A stretch of 36,387 nt of DNA from Promethearchaeota archaeon (GCA_030612905.1 JAUWNA010000001.1:1-36387), one strand, 5' to 3'. Counted from the stretch's first letter, positions 1-8,746 are shown. The notes: a model not told the origin generated them from the letters alone. Numbers and translations are program-made.

Positions 1-581
<581 letters not shown>

Positions 582-912
582 AATTATCTAAATAAATATT
601 GAGTTAGTCGCAAATTAGTTCTTAAATTTGGAATTAATTTACTTTTAGGGTTATTAATTTAACTTTCTTCAGTTATAATTAATTAAATTATAACTACATT
701 TTTTATATCGCATCAGTGAATTAACTTTTCATATAACGGTTGCATACCGTAATCAAAGCTCACACCGGTAAAGATGCGATTTGTTATAGTAACATATAGG
801 AAGGATTCATTTTAAATTTTTTTGTTTTGTTAATTCTACAAATATTCGTAGTTTAAAAATCTAAGTTTTAATTTAAAAATACTAATTTAAAAAAGGAACT
901 TTGTGAATTAAA

Positions 913-1914
913 ATGGATTTAAAAGAAAAGATAGGCATTCACCTGGATCAAATAAAACAGTTAAAAGGAGTAGAAAATGCGGTTTTAACTCAAAGAGATG
1001 GAAATCCAATTCAGTCAGCCGGAGTTTGGTTTTCTAAAGATGAAATCTTTAACGTTAGTTCTGCGACTAGTGCGATCTTTAATGTTGGAATACATTTACA
1101 TCCAAACGATTTAAAATATATCTTAATAGAGGGAAAGAAAGCAAAAATTTTAATAGCTCCTCTTAATAGTCCAGTACATTATTCTTTGAATAGGATTCTG
1201 CAACAGCAAGGAATTCTCGATAATAAACACGAGTTTTTTATAGCTATTACTGCTCAGCCAAATACAAATTTAGGGGGGATTTTTTTACAAACTAGTGAAT
1301 GTTTAAAAAAGATCAAAACTACTCTCATTACTTCTGGCGAATCTTTTAAACCACCACTAGTTCAATTTGATGAACAACGGATTCAAAGCATAATAAAAGG
1401 CTTCAATGTTAAAGAGAATGAGAATTTTAATTTCAAAGTGTCTTCTTTTTCGTTAAATTTATCAGAAAATATATCTATGGAGCTAAGAAAAGTTTTAAGC
1501 AATTTTTCTATTGCAATTCCGGATTTAAAATACGCATATATTACCATAGAAGGGGGATTTATTGCATCAAAAATTTTGAAAAAAACAAATAATGAAAAAA
1601 ATTTAGATAATATCTCCGCAATGAGCTACTCGCTTTTTCAAACAGCAAATAGGTGTGCTTGGTTGCTTAAAAGAATGAATGCAGAGAGTATATTATTAGA
1701 TTGTGAAAACTCATTTCAGTTTATACATGGTTTGGGAAAAGCAATATTTAGTACTGAAATGGGTAAATCTCGGCAAAAGTTAGGTTTGATACGACTAATT
1801 ATTCCTCAATTCTCAAATAAAATACATTCTCTTATTAAGAGAGCGTCTGAAATTCAGGAGCAAAGGCCCTTTGATATTAAGACTATGCTAGGAGAATTAA
1901 TTATCAAAGGATAA
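913..1914 (+). CDS. Tandem Roadblock/LC7 (MglB-like) domain protein, 333 aa
   Basis: Two copies of the Roadblock pattern. N-terminal copy: LDQIKQLKGVENAVLTQRDGNPIQSAG...SATSAIFNVG...ILIEGKKAKILIAPL...FFIAITAQPNTNLGGI. C-terminal copy: LRKVLSNFSIAIPDLKYAYITIEGGFIASK...ISAMSYSLFQTANRCAWLL...ILLDCENSFQFIHGLGKAIFS. First gene of an operon that ends in an MglA-type GTPase. Confidence 0.75.
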   Translation: MDLKEKIGIHLDQIKQLKGVENAVLTQRDGNPIQSAGVWFSKDEIFNVSSATSAIFNVGIHLHPNDLKYILIEGKKAKILIAPLNSPVHYSLNRILQQQGILDNKHEFFIAITAQPNTNLGGIFLQTSECLKKIKTTLITSGESFKPPLVQFDEQRIQSIIKGFNVKENENFNFKVSSFSLNLSENISMELRKVLSNFSIAIPDLKYAYITIEGGFIASKILKKTNNEKNLDNISAMSYSLFQTANRCAWLLKRMNAESILLDCENSFQFIHGLGKAIFSTEMGKSRQKLGLIRLIIPQFSNKIHSLIKRASEIQEQRPFDIKTMLGELIIKG

Positions 1915-1923
1915 GGTGAAAAA

Positions 1924-2820
1924 ATGACTTTTTTTGAGTTATTGGAAAAATTAAAAACAACTGATACAACACTAATACTTTATACTCTCTTAAATAGAAT
2001 CCCAATTATCGTTTATGGTAATAATGCAGAGAAAATCGATGATTTTTTAATAGATTTATCAGATTTGATTCATTTTCGGAGAGAATTTATTTTTTATACG
2101 GATTTTATTTCTATCACAGAATATCATGACTTAGTAATGAATGAAAATATTGATTACAATACTCAAAAATTATATATACGATGTCCTACTAATGTTGCTC
2201 TCAAAGCTCTGAATCTATTTGAGCATTTTAATTCTTGGTTAATTGGAATTGAAATACTTGAGCAAAAAGATAAGATTCGTCAGTTTATTAACAGCATTAA
2301 AAAAAAAATTAATTGTTTTTTAGGTATTGCTTTCTTTTCTAACTCATTTTCTATCGAATTAGTGGGCATAAATTGGAAACTACTTGATCTTCAATTTGAA
2401 CATGTTATTTTTCAAAAAATTTCCCAAGATACTGAGAAAGCCATCATCAAAATGAAAAGAGTATTATTAGGGAAAATTAAATCTGAAGAAATTGATGAAG
2501 ATTTAATAGATGTTCTATTAGATTTTAATAGAGAAAAAGAAGAATTGAAAAAGAATATCCTTAAAAAGGAGATTCAAAATTTTTATTCAGGTTCTAAACG
2601 AGCATTTTCTATTTTATCTAGGTTAAATCTATTAAATAACATAGAAATGAAAACGCAAATTGGGAGTAAAACTCTTTTAGAAACTATAGATTATGAAGAC
2701 GCCCCCATTGAGAGAATAATATCTTTTATTAATAAAGAATGGGGGGAAGACTTTTCAATTTTAATTGAAAATGGGAAAAAAGTCAATGCTCTAGATAGTA
2801 TGCAATCTTTATGGGGTTAA
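1924..2820 (+). CDS. Hypothetical protein, 298 aa, middle gene of the Roadblock-X-GTPase operon
   Basis: Long ORF in a stop-rich AT genome. GGTGA (1915-1919) lies 4 nt upstream of the ATG. The 3' end overlaps the GTPase start by 10 nt (ATGGGGTTAA). No family recognised. The N-terminal strand-helix segment IPIIVYGNNAEKIDDFLIDLSDLIHF suggests an alpha/beta fold, and the C-terminal half is charged and helical. Confidence 0.8.
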   Translation: MTFFELLEKLKTTDTTLILYTLLNRIPIIVYGNNAEKIDDFLIDLSDLIHFRREFIFYTDFISITEYHDLVMNENIDYNTQKLYIRCPTNVALKALNLFEHFNSWLIGIEILEQKDKIRQFINSIKKKINCFLGIAFFSNSFSIELVGINWKLLDLQFEHVIFQKISQDTEKAIIKMKRVLLGKIKSEEIDEDLIDVLLDFNREKEELKKNILKKEIQNFYSGSKRAFSILSRLNLLNNIEMKTQIGSKTLLETIDYEDAPIERIISFINKEWGEDFSILIENGKKVNALDSMQSLWG

Positions 2821-3419
2821 TTAATTTGATATATGATTATGAGAAAAAAGTTTTGCAAGTTAAAATCGTGTATTACGGTCCTGCCATGTCAGGAAAAACG
2901 ACATCAATAAAGCAATTGTTTTCTTATTTTAATAAAGAGGAAAACCTAAATTCTATTGATAGTACCGTTGGGAGAACTTTATTGTTTGATTTTGGTGTTT
3001 TACAATTTAAGGGTGCAGAATGGGGTTTGAAATTTCTTATTTATTCTGCTACCGGACAAGATTTCTATGCAAGCACCCGACCCGCTACTTTAAACGGTGT
3101 TGATGGGTTAATTTTTGTTGTTGATTCAAGAGCTCAATGTTTACAACATAATTTGAGATCATGGAATGAATTAAAAACTATGTTTAAAAATGAATTTTAT
3201 AACCTTCCCATAGTTATTTCATTAAATAAATACGATGTAGAAGATACTCAAAAATTAAACGAATACGAATTTTTAAGTGAAATAAATTTCAATATGTTTA
3301 AGTTTATTTCTATTAATAAGACTATAGCAATTGAAGGAAAAGGAGTTTTAGATTCTTTTAATCGGGTTATAACTTTTATTTTTCCACAATTAACTTTAAA
3401 AATGAGTATCACAAATTAA
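2811..3419 (+). CDS. MglA-family small GTPase, 202 aa
   Basis: KIVYYGPAMSGKTT (P-loop), VGRTLLFDF (switch I, as in MglA DRTLFFDF), YSATGQDFY (G3 with Ser in place of the Ras Asp, compare MglA YTVPGQ), LNGVDGLIFVVDS, LNKYD (G4). Confidence 0.88.
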   Translation: MGLINLIYDYEKKVLQVKIVYYGPAMSGKTTSIKQLFSYFNKEENLNSIDSTVGRTLLFDFGVLQFKGAEWGLKFLIYSATGQDFYASTRPATLNGVDGLIFVVDSRAQCLQHNLRSWNELKTMFKNEFYNLPIVISLNKYDVEDTQKLNEYEFLSEINFNMFKFISINKTIAIEGKGVLDSFNRVITFIFPQLTLKMSITN

Positions 3420-3427
3420 TAATTTAT

Positions 3428-3610
3428 TTATTTTTCAATTTTTTCATACATGTTTTTTGAGAGTCTTTTAATAAAACCTTTTTTATGAAATTGCTTTAAT
3501 AAATTTCTGACTTTACGTACTTCTTGGGCATCTACTCCTAAAACACTAATTAACTGAAAAATTGAAAATTGGTTAGGTAATTCTTCTTTTATGCTATTAT
3601 AAACTCCCAT
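3428..3610 (-). CDS. Small putative winged-helix DNA-binding protein, 60 aa
   Basis: FSIFQLISVLGVDAQEVRKVRNLLKQFHKKGFIKRL reads as helix-turn-helix plus wing. Sits between the two GTPase genes. Short, so coding status is less certain. Confidence 0.45.
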   Translation of the reverse strand: MGVYNSIKEELPNQFSIFQLISVLGVDAQEVRKVRNLLKQFHKKGFIKRLSKNMYEKIEK

Positions 3611-3895
3611 AACTATTTCAACTTAAAATAATATTGGTTTATGTTAGAATAAATGATTAAGAATTTATATAAATTATTAAAATATGGGAAAATTTATATT
3701 TAAGAGATTTTGGTTCTTATAATCCTCAAGGTAACTATAACATTTCATTCCTAACTTTAACAGGTCATGTATGTTAGTTATTTTCATTGAATTTTTATAA
3801 CCTTAGGGAAATCCTAGTATTCTTTGAAATAATAAATTTTGATTAAAATGTAATTATTAGCATAACAAGAAAAAATGGAATATTAGTGTCTATTT

Positions 3896-4576
3896 TTAAA
3901 ATTCAGGGAGGTCTCTGCTAAAATTATTTCCAACAGGTGCTTTGCCATCCCCGTATATTTGATATAGCCCCGTTCTTCTTGCACATTCAGTAAAACTACG
4001 ATAAACATCTATTTTCTTGTCGTATAATGCACATGTTTTGTATATTATGGGATTCCAAATATATAATTCATGATCAGGTTCATACCAGAGTTTTTCCTCC
4101 TTGAGAACTTGTTTAAAATCTTCTTCTCCAATAGTTTCGCTCAGATCTTGCTTATTTAACATTGTTATTAAGGGAATTTCTTTAACTAACTTACCCCTTG
4201 TAATATTTTTTAATTCTTTTAGGGACTCAATATTATCTTCGAAAAAATGTGTTTGTGAATCAACGACAAAAATAACTCCATCTGTACCTTTAAATATCTT
4301 CTTTCTTAAAGGAGAGAACCTGCTCTGCCCAGCAACAGTATAGACATGGTAATATACTTTATTCTGTTTAGTCGATTGAAAAATACCTCTATCAAAATAT
4401 AATGTTGACCCGCTTGCCATAGAAATTTTAGTTAGATTTCCAGTTGGAGTAATATCTTTTTTTTGTTCTTTAGTTAATCTATATAATGTGTCTACTATAG
4501 TTGTTTTTCCTGATCCTCCCATACCCCAATAGAGTATTTTTATATATATATTATGATCTGCCGTCCATCTAACCAT
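3896..4576 (-). CDS. MglA-family small GTPase paralog with C-terminal extension, 226 aa
   Basis: ILYWGMGGSGKTT (P-loop), GSTLYFDRG (switch I), VYTVAGQSRF (MglA-type G3, Thr replaces Asp), FKGTDGVIFVVDS, LNKQDL (G4). About 55 extra C-terminal residues (EPDHELYIWNPIIYKTCALYD...). Confidence 0.85.
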   Translation of the reverse strand: MVRWTADHNIYIKILYWGMGGSGKTTIVDTLYRLTKEQKKDITPTGNLTKISMASGSTLYFDRGIFQSTKQNKVYYHVYTVAGQSRFSPLRKKIFKGTDGVIFVVDSQTHFFEDNIESLKELKNITRGKLVKEIPLITMLNKQDLSETIGEEDFKQVLKEEKLWYEPDHELYIWNPIIYKTCALYDKKIDVYRSFTECARRTGLYQIYGDGKAPVGNNFSRDLPEF

Positions 4577-4782
4577 AGAAAAATCCTCATTGAAGTTTGC
4601 TATTTAAAAATCTGAAAAAACATATTATTAAATTATATACATATAGAAAGATCGCTTTGGTCTTTATATAATAATATTATTAAATATTAATATAATTACA
4701 CATTTATAATTTTATTTTAGTTTTCATTTCTTAGCAATTTAGAAGAGTAAAGATTAAAATGAAAATCAATTTTCAAATTAAC

Positions 4783-4834
4783 CTTTTTTATTAATATATA
4801 AAACTTTTTTATTAATATATAAAACTTTTTTAAA
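4783..4834. repeat. Tandem direct repeat, 21-nt unit CTTTTTTATTAATATATAAAA, two full copies plus a partial third
   Basis: Copies at 4783-4803 and 4804-4824 are identical. A third copy starts at 4825 and diverges after CTTTTTTA. Confidence 0.85.
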
Positions 4835-4850
4835 TTTTCTTTTTTTAATT

Positions 4851-5102
4851 CTAGAGCTTTATTTGTTCAATCATAACAATATATTTCCCTTGTCTTATAT
4901 TATAATTACACCATAAAATTATTTCATTATATAATTCTCCTCGATAACCTTCTCGTATAATCAGATTAATAATATCGGAATACATAATTTCTCTCTTCCC
5001 TTTTATAATAAGGTTTAATTCTTTGAAAATTCTTTTAAACAAATTACTATGGGTTGAAGTTATTTTTTTTATCTTTTCGAGTTTGTTTGGAGATTGACTC
5101 AT
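4851..5102 (-). CDS. Hypothetical protein, 83 aa
   Basis: ORF only. No family recognised. Confidence 0.4.
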   Translation of the reverse strand: MSQSPNKLEKIKKITSTHSNLFKRIFKELNLIIKGKREIMYSDIINLIIREGYRGELYNEIILWCNYNIRQGKYIVMIEQIKL

Positions 5103-5335
5103 TGAAATATCTCTTTTTAAAATGTTTTTTTTTTAGAATAACAAATCTGATGTAAAATGTAGTATAAATTAAATGTTAAAAAATGCTATTTTTTTTTTTA
5201 CTTCCAATAATCCCTCAGCCCTTCACTATAGCTGTCCTATATATTTTAATGGAATAATTTTCCAATTATAAACAACTAAAATTCTACAAAATCGAGATAA
5301 AGGGTTTCTAAATTAATCACATTATAACGATTAAT

Positions 5336-6385
5336 TTGTGTGAATTAAATTTGGTAAATAATATAAAAGAAAGTAAAGCTTATGAAAAATGCTCTGAATG
5401 TGGGGGTAGTGTCATAACAAACTCATTCGAAATGATATGTAAGGAATGTGGTTTAGTATTAGATAAAATCTATAAGGATTCGTCATATATCTTTAATGAG
5501 ACCAATGTTAAAAATAGTTTGAATAAACAGTATGTCGCGTTAGGAGAAAGAACCGATTATATCGGGGGACTGGGAACCTTTATAGATTATGAGAAGTCAA
5601 AATATCTTAAAGATAAAACAGGAAAATTATTACCGCCTGATGAGCAAAAATTATACAGAAGGTTAAAGAAAAACTATGCTCAATTTCTAAGGATTAAAAA
5701 TCATGAAACGGAATATAGAATCTTCAATATCTTGAATAAAATATCAATTTACCTTAATTTAAATAAAAATATCCGAAACAACGCTGCGTATTATTACAAA
5801 AAGATAGTTAAAAATGAGCAGAAAATCATAAATAATATTTCTTTAATCGCATTTTGTATTTTTTATTCTGTTCGTAAAGAGTATCATAATGCTCCAGTTA
5901 CAATAAATGAAATTTCTGATGCCTTTCAAAATTTTGGTCATAGAGTTAATCCAAGGCTTATTTTGAGAGATGGAATAAGATATAAATTTCATTTGAATAG
6001 TAATGCAATTCCACATAAAAGTGAAGATTACCTAATTAGATTAATAGATAGTATTATAAATCATAAAAATTTGGATGATAGGTTAATTAAAAAAGGACAT
6101 AATTGGTCAAAAGAAGATTATAAACGTAATTTGACAAATAAATGCAGAACAATTCTAAATAACTTGACTAAATGGCATCGAGGTGGCCGAAATCCTTTTA
6201 TTTTAACAGGAGCAGTAATATATTTAGCTGATAAGTTATTATCTAGAGAATTTAACCAAAAAACCGTATTAACTCAAAAATTAATTTCAGATGCAACTAA
6301 GATCGCAGAATATTCTATTAGAGACCACTATGTAAATCTACTTAAACCAATCTTCATAACAAATGAATTTCAAATTTCAATGTAA
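5336..6385 (+). CDS. Divergent TFIIB/TFB-like transcription factor paralog, 349 aa
   Basis: N-terminal zinc ribbon CSECGG...CKECGLVLD. Cyclin-like segment NNAAYYYKKIVKNEQKIINNISLIAFCIFYSVRKEYHNAPVTINEISDAF. A second repeat near ILTGAVIYLADKLL...TQKLISDATKIAEYSIRDHY. No in-frame ATG upstream of the zinc ribbon, so the start is TTG at 5336 or TTG at 5351. Confidence 0.65.
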   Translation: MCELNLVNNIKESKAYEKCSECGGSVITNSFEMICKECGLVLDKIYKDSSYIFNETNVKNSLNKQYVALGERTDYIGGLGTFIDYEKSKYLKDKTGKLLPPDEQKLYRRLKKNYAQFLRIKNHETEYRIFNILNKISIYLNLNKNIRNNAAYYYKKIVKNEQKIINNISLIAFCIFYSVRKEYHNAPVTINEISDAFQNFGHRVNPRLILRDGIRYKFHLNSNAIPHKSEDYLIRLIDSIINHKNLDDRLIKKGHNWSKEDYKRNLTNKCRTILNNLTKWHRGGRNPFILTGAVIYLADKLLSREFNQKTVLTQKLISDATKIAEYSIRDHYVNLLKPIFITNEFQISM

Positions 6386-6605
6386 TATATAAAAGGGTAA
6401 ATATCGAATGCAATTTAATTAATGTTTCTTTTTTTAATATTACCCAATATATATTATTATTTTATTACTTCTTTTAATCGTTAATAAGTTGAATTTGTGT
6501 GTTATCGACTCATTTAACTCTGTATAATAAGACTAAAAATTGTTTTAATTAAATTTAAAATTTAGTTAAAATTTATTAAAACATTGGCTTTATAATATTT
6601 TATTT

Positions 6606-6715
6606 GCTTCTGTAGTGTAGTCCGGTCAAACTTATTGATTTCTTATCACAGAAAAAAGGATTAAGCATGCGAGGCTCTCACCCTCGTGACCCGGGTTCAA
6701 ATCCCGGCAGAAGCA
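6606..6715 (+). tRNA. tRNA-Glu (anticodon CUC) with a roughly 35-nt intron in the D-arm
   Basis: Acceptor GCTTCTG/CAGAAGC plus discriminator A. D-stem GTGT/GCAT. Anticodon stem CGAGG/CCTCG with loop CTCTCAC. T-arm CCGGG-TTCAAAT-CCCGG. D-loop AGTCCGGTCAA is interrupted by about 6630-6664 before the D-stem 3' strand. Intron borders are ambiguous by about 4 nt because TCAA and TTAA occur at the two ends. Confidence 0.85.
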
Positions 6716-6746
6716 TTAGTATTTAACTCTTTTAACACGCTTTAAA

Positions 6747-7127
6747 TTATTTAAGGCCTTTAGCTTTTTCTAACAAGTTTAAAAGATCAAATAATATTTT
6801 TAAATATTTTTCGATGATGTCTAATTGATTCTCTTTCTCTAATTTTTGAGTAATCCAATTTAGTTTATCAGTAAGAACGGTTATTAATACATTTGGTACG
6901 TTGACTTGTTTAATATTTTTTGTCAATATTATTTTTTTTTCCTTAATATTTTTATCTAAGACACTGTCTGCCATAATTACTTCTCTATTACAAATTGCAC
7001 AAAAAGATACTCCATCTTTATTTTGAAAAATTGGATTATTACAAATAGGGCAAGATAAATTGAGCATTTTATGGCCCGTTCTTAGGAGATCTGCCATTTT
7101 CTTTGCGTCTTCTTTAATAAACACCAC
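6747..7127 (-). CDS. Zinc-ribbon protein of the Sjogren/scleroderma autoantigen p27-like (UPF0148) family, 126 aa
   Basis: ADLLRTGHKMLNLSCPICNNPIFQNKDGVSFCAICNREV matches the family N-terminal helix plus CPxC...CxxC ribbon as I remember it. Co-directional with eS17. Confidence 0.6.
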   Translation of the reverse strand: MVFIKEDAKKMADLLRTGHKMLNLSCPICNNPIFQNKDGVSFCAICNREVIMADSVLDKNIKEKKIILTKNIKQVNVPNVLITVLTDKLNWITQKLEKENQLDIIEKYLKILFDLLNLLEKAKGLK

Positions 7128-7162
7128 ATCCTCTATAAATAATTATAATTAAACTCAATTCT

Positions 7163-7360
7163 TTATAGTTCTCGAGATTTGATCTTCATAAGATTAACTA
7201 TATATCCCGAAATTCGATTTCTTAAGTGTTTTGAGTCTACTTCAAGATATTTATCCAATAATTCTTTATTTTTTTCGAAATCCGTAGTAAAGACATCAGG
7301 ATATTTACTTATTAACTCTTTTGAAACTTTTTTAATTAATATAGTTCTAACTTTTCCCAT
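7163..7360 (-). CDS. rps17e: 30S ribosomal protein eS17
   Basis: MGKVRTILIKKVSKELISKYPDVFTTDFEKNKELL...SKHLRNRISGYIV is collinear with archaeal S17e sequences. Confidence 0.9.
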   Translation of the reverse strand: MGKVRTILIKKVSKELISKYPDVFTTDFEKNKELLDKYLEVDSKHLRNRISGYIVNLMKIKSREL

Positions 7361-7465
7361 CTACTTTCAGCAAAACACATTTCTTAGTTTTGAATTTAAA
7401 TATTTGATAAAATAAATGTTTTTTGAAATTATCTAAGTTTTTATAATTTAATACAAAGAATTGTT

Positions 7466-8680
7466 GTGAACAAAAAGAATAAAACAGTTTTATTCCTGTA
7501 CCTCGTTCTATCAATAGTGCTAATTACCAAGTCCGCTAAAAGTTTTTCCTACGATGTTTTTGTTTTTACAAGCGATAAAGAAATTTATTACAGTAATGAA
7601 AATATTAATATTAGCGCTTCATGGGAATTAATTTATGACCCTGGTCATGAAACCTCGTATTTCCAAGTTCAAATTTTTGATAATTTTGATAATCTTCTTT
7701 GGAATTCTTCAGAGCACCATGAAATTGGTTATTCAGAAAAGAATTGGACAATTTATATTGAATTTTTAAATATTTCATTTTCGAATTATACTAATACATT
7801 ATTTATTAAATTATACCATTTTTACAAAGAGGAAAACGGGGGGGGGCCTGTAGATGCTTTTAGAGAAATTATAATCGTAAATGTGTTAAAAAGAAATGTG
7901 ATGTGTCAATTAATCGATTTTAAAAGCGTTCTAAAATACGGAGATTGTAACTTTTTTACGGCAATATTTTATAGTACAGACAATAACTCTTATTTAGTTA
8001 ACGAAACTTTTCATTTTGAGATAATTTCTAATAAGAAAATACTCTATCAAAATAATTTTACAACAAACGAGAGTGGGGAAATTTCATTTAATATATCAAC
8101 TATTTCTCATTTAAATTTAGGAGAAAATAATATAATATTTAACATAAGAAATAACGTGATTTATAATAATGCTACGTTTTCTTATGAAATTTTTGTAGAA
8201 AAACTAGCAATTTTCGTAGAAATATTGAGATTCAATAACAATTTAGAAAACGATTATTTAATAACAATCAAGCTTTACATCTATTTTTTCAACCAAAGTA
8301 TAAAACCACTTAAAAACCAGTTTTTAAAAACAATTATTTATAATGATTTAACATTGGAATATGAAGATGAGTTTAAAACCAACCAATCGGGATTTGTAGA
8401 TATTGAAATCTCTCTAAATAACTTTAGATTTAAAGAAAATGAAAAAATGTTTTATATTGATATCGTCTTCAACGGTACTAAGTATTTAGAAAATAAAACA
8501 ATAACTTTGAACTTTAAAGTTAAAAACTTTTTAAGTCAAGGGGTTTTTAATTTGTTTTTTACATCAAACATTTTTCTTTTTTCGGTTTTAATTATCCTTT
8601 TTACTTCTATCTGTATGAAAGTTAATAGTAGAAAAAGGACAAAATTCAAATTAATTAGAGATCTGACATTTAAATTCTAA
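7466..8680 (+). CDS. Predicted secreted, C-terminally anchored surface protein rich in N-glycosylation sequons, 404 aa
   Basis: N-terminal signal-like segment KTVLFLYLVLSIVLITKSAKS. C-terminal TM segment FNLFFTSNIFLFSVLIILFTSIC followed by a basic tail NSRKRTKFK. Many N-x-S/T sequons. GTG start. Confidence 0.7.
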   Translation: MNKKNKTVLFLYLVLSIVLITKSAKSFSYDVFVFTSDKEIYYSNENINISASWELIYDPGHETSYFQVQIFDNFDNLLWNSSEHHEIGYSEKNWTIYIEFLNISFSNYTNTLFIKLYHFYKEENGGGPVDAFREIIIVNVLKRNVMCQLIDFKSVLKYGDCNFFTAIFYSTDNNSYLVNETFHFEIISNKKILYQNNFTTNESGEISFNISTISHLNLGENNIIFNIRNNVIYNNATFSYEIFVEKLAIFVEILRFNNNLENDYLITIKLYIYFFNQSIKPLKNQFLKTIIYNDLTLEYEDEFKTNQSGFVDIEISLNNFRFKENEKMFYIDIVFNGTKYLENKTITLNFKVKNFLSQGVFNLFFTSNIFLFSVLIILFTSICMKVNSRKRTKFKLIRDLTFKF

Positions 8681-8746
8681 TTTATTTATTTGAATTGTTA
8701 ATATTTATTTAAATTGTAGATTCTATAGATACAATGATTACATTAA

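Noticed and set aside
4101-4343. 80-aa plus-strand ORF
   Set aside because: Antisense to the well-supported MglA-type GTPase gene (3896-4576). No motifs.
5103-5335. Two T11 runs (about 5121-5135 and 5185-5198) as terminators
   Set aside because: No plus-strand gene lies upstream for them to terminate. They sit in a divergent promoter spacer and are most simply AT-rich spacer DNA.
7179-7415. 78-aa plus-strand ORF
   Set aside because: Antisense shadow of the eS17 gene, whose identity is unambiguous.
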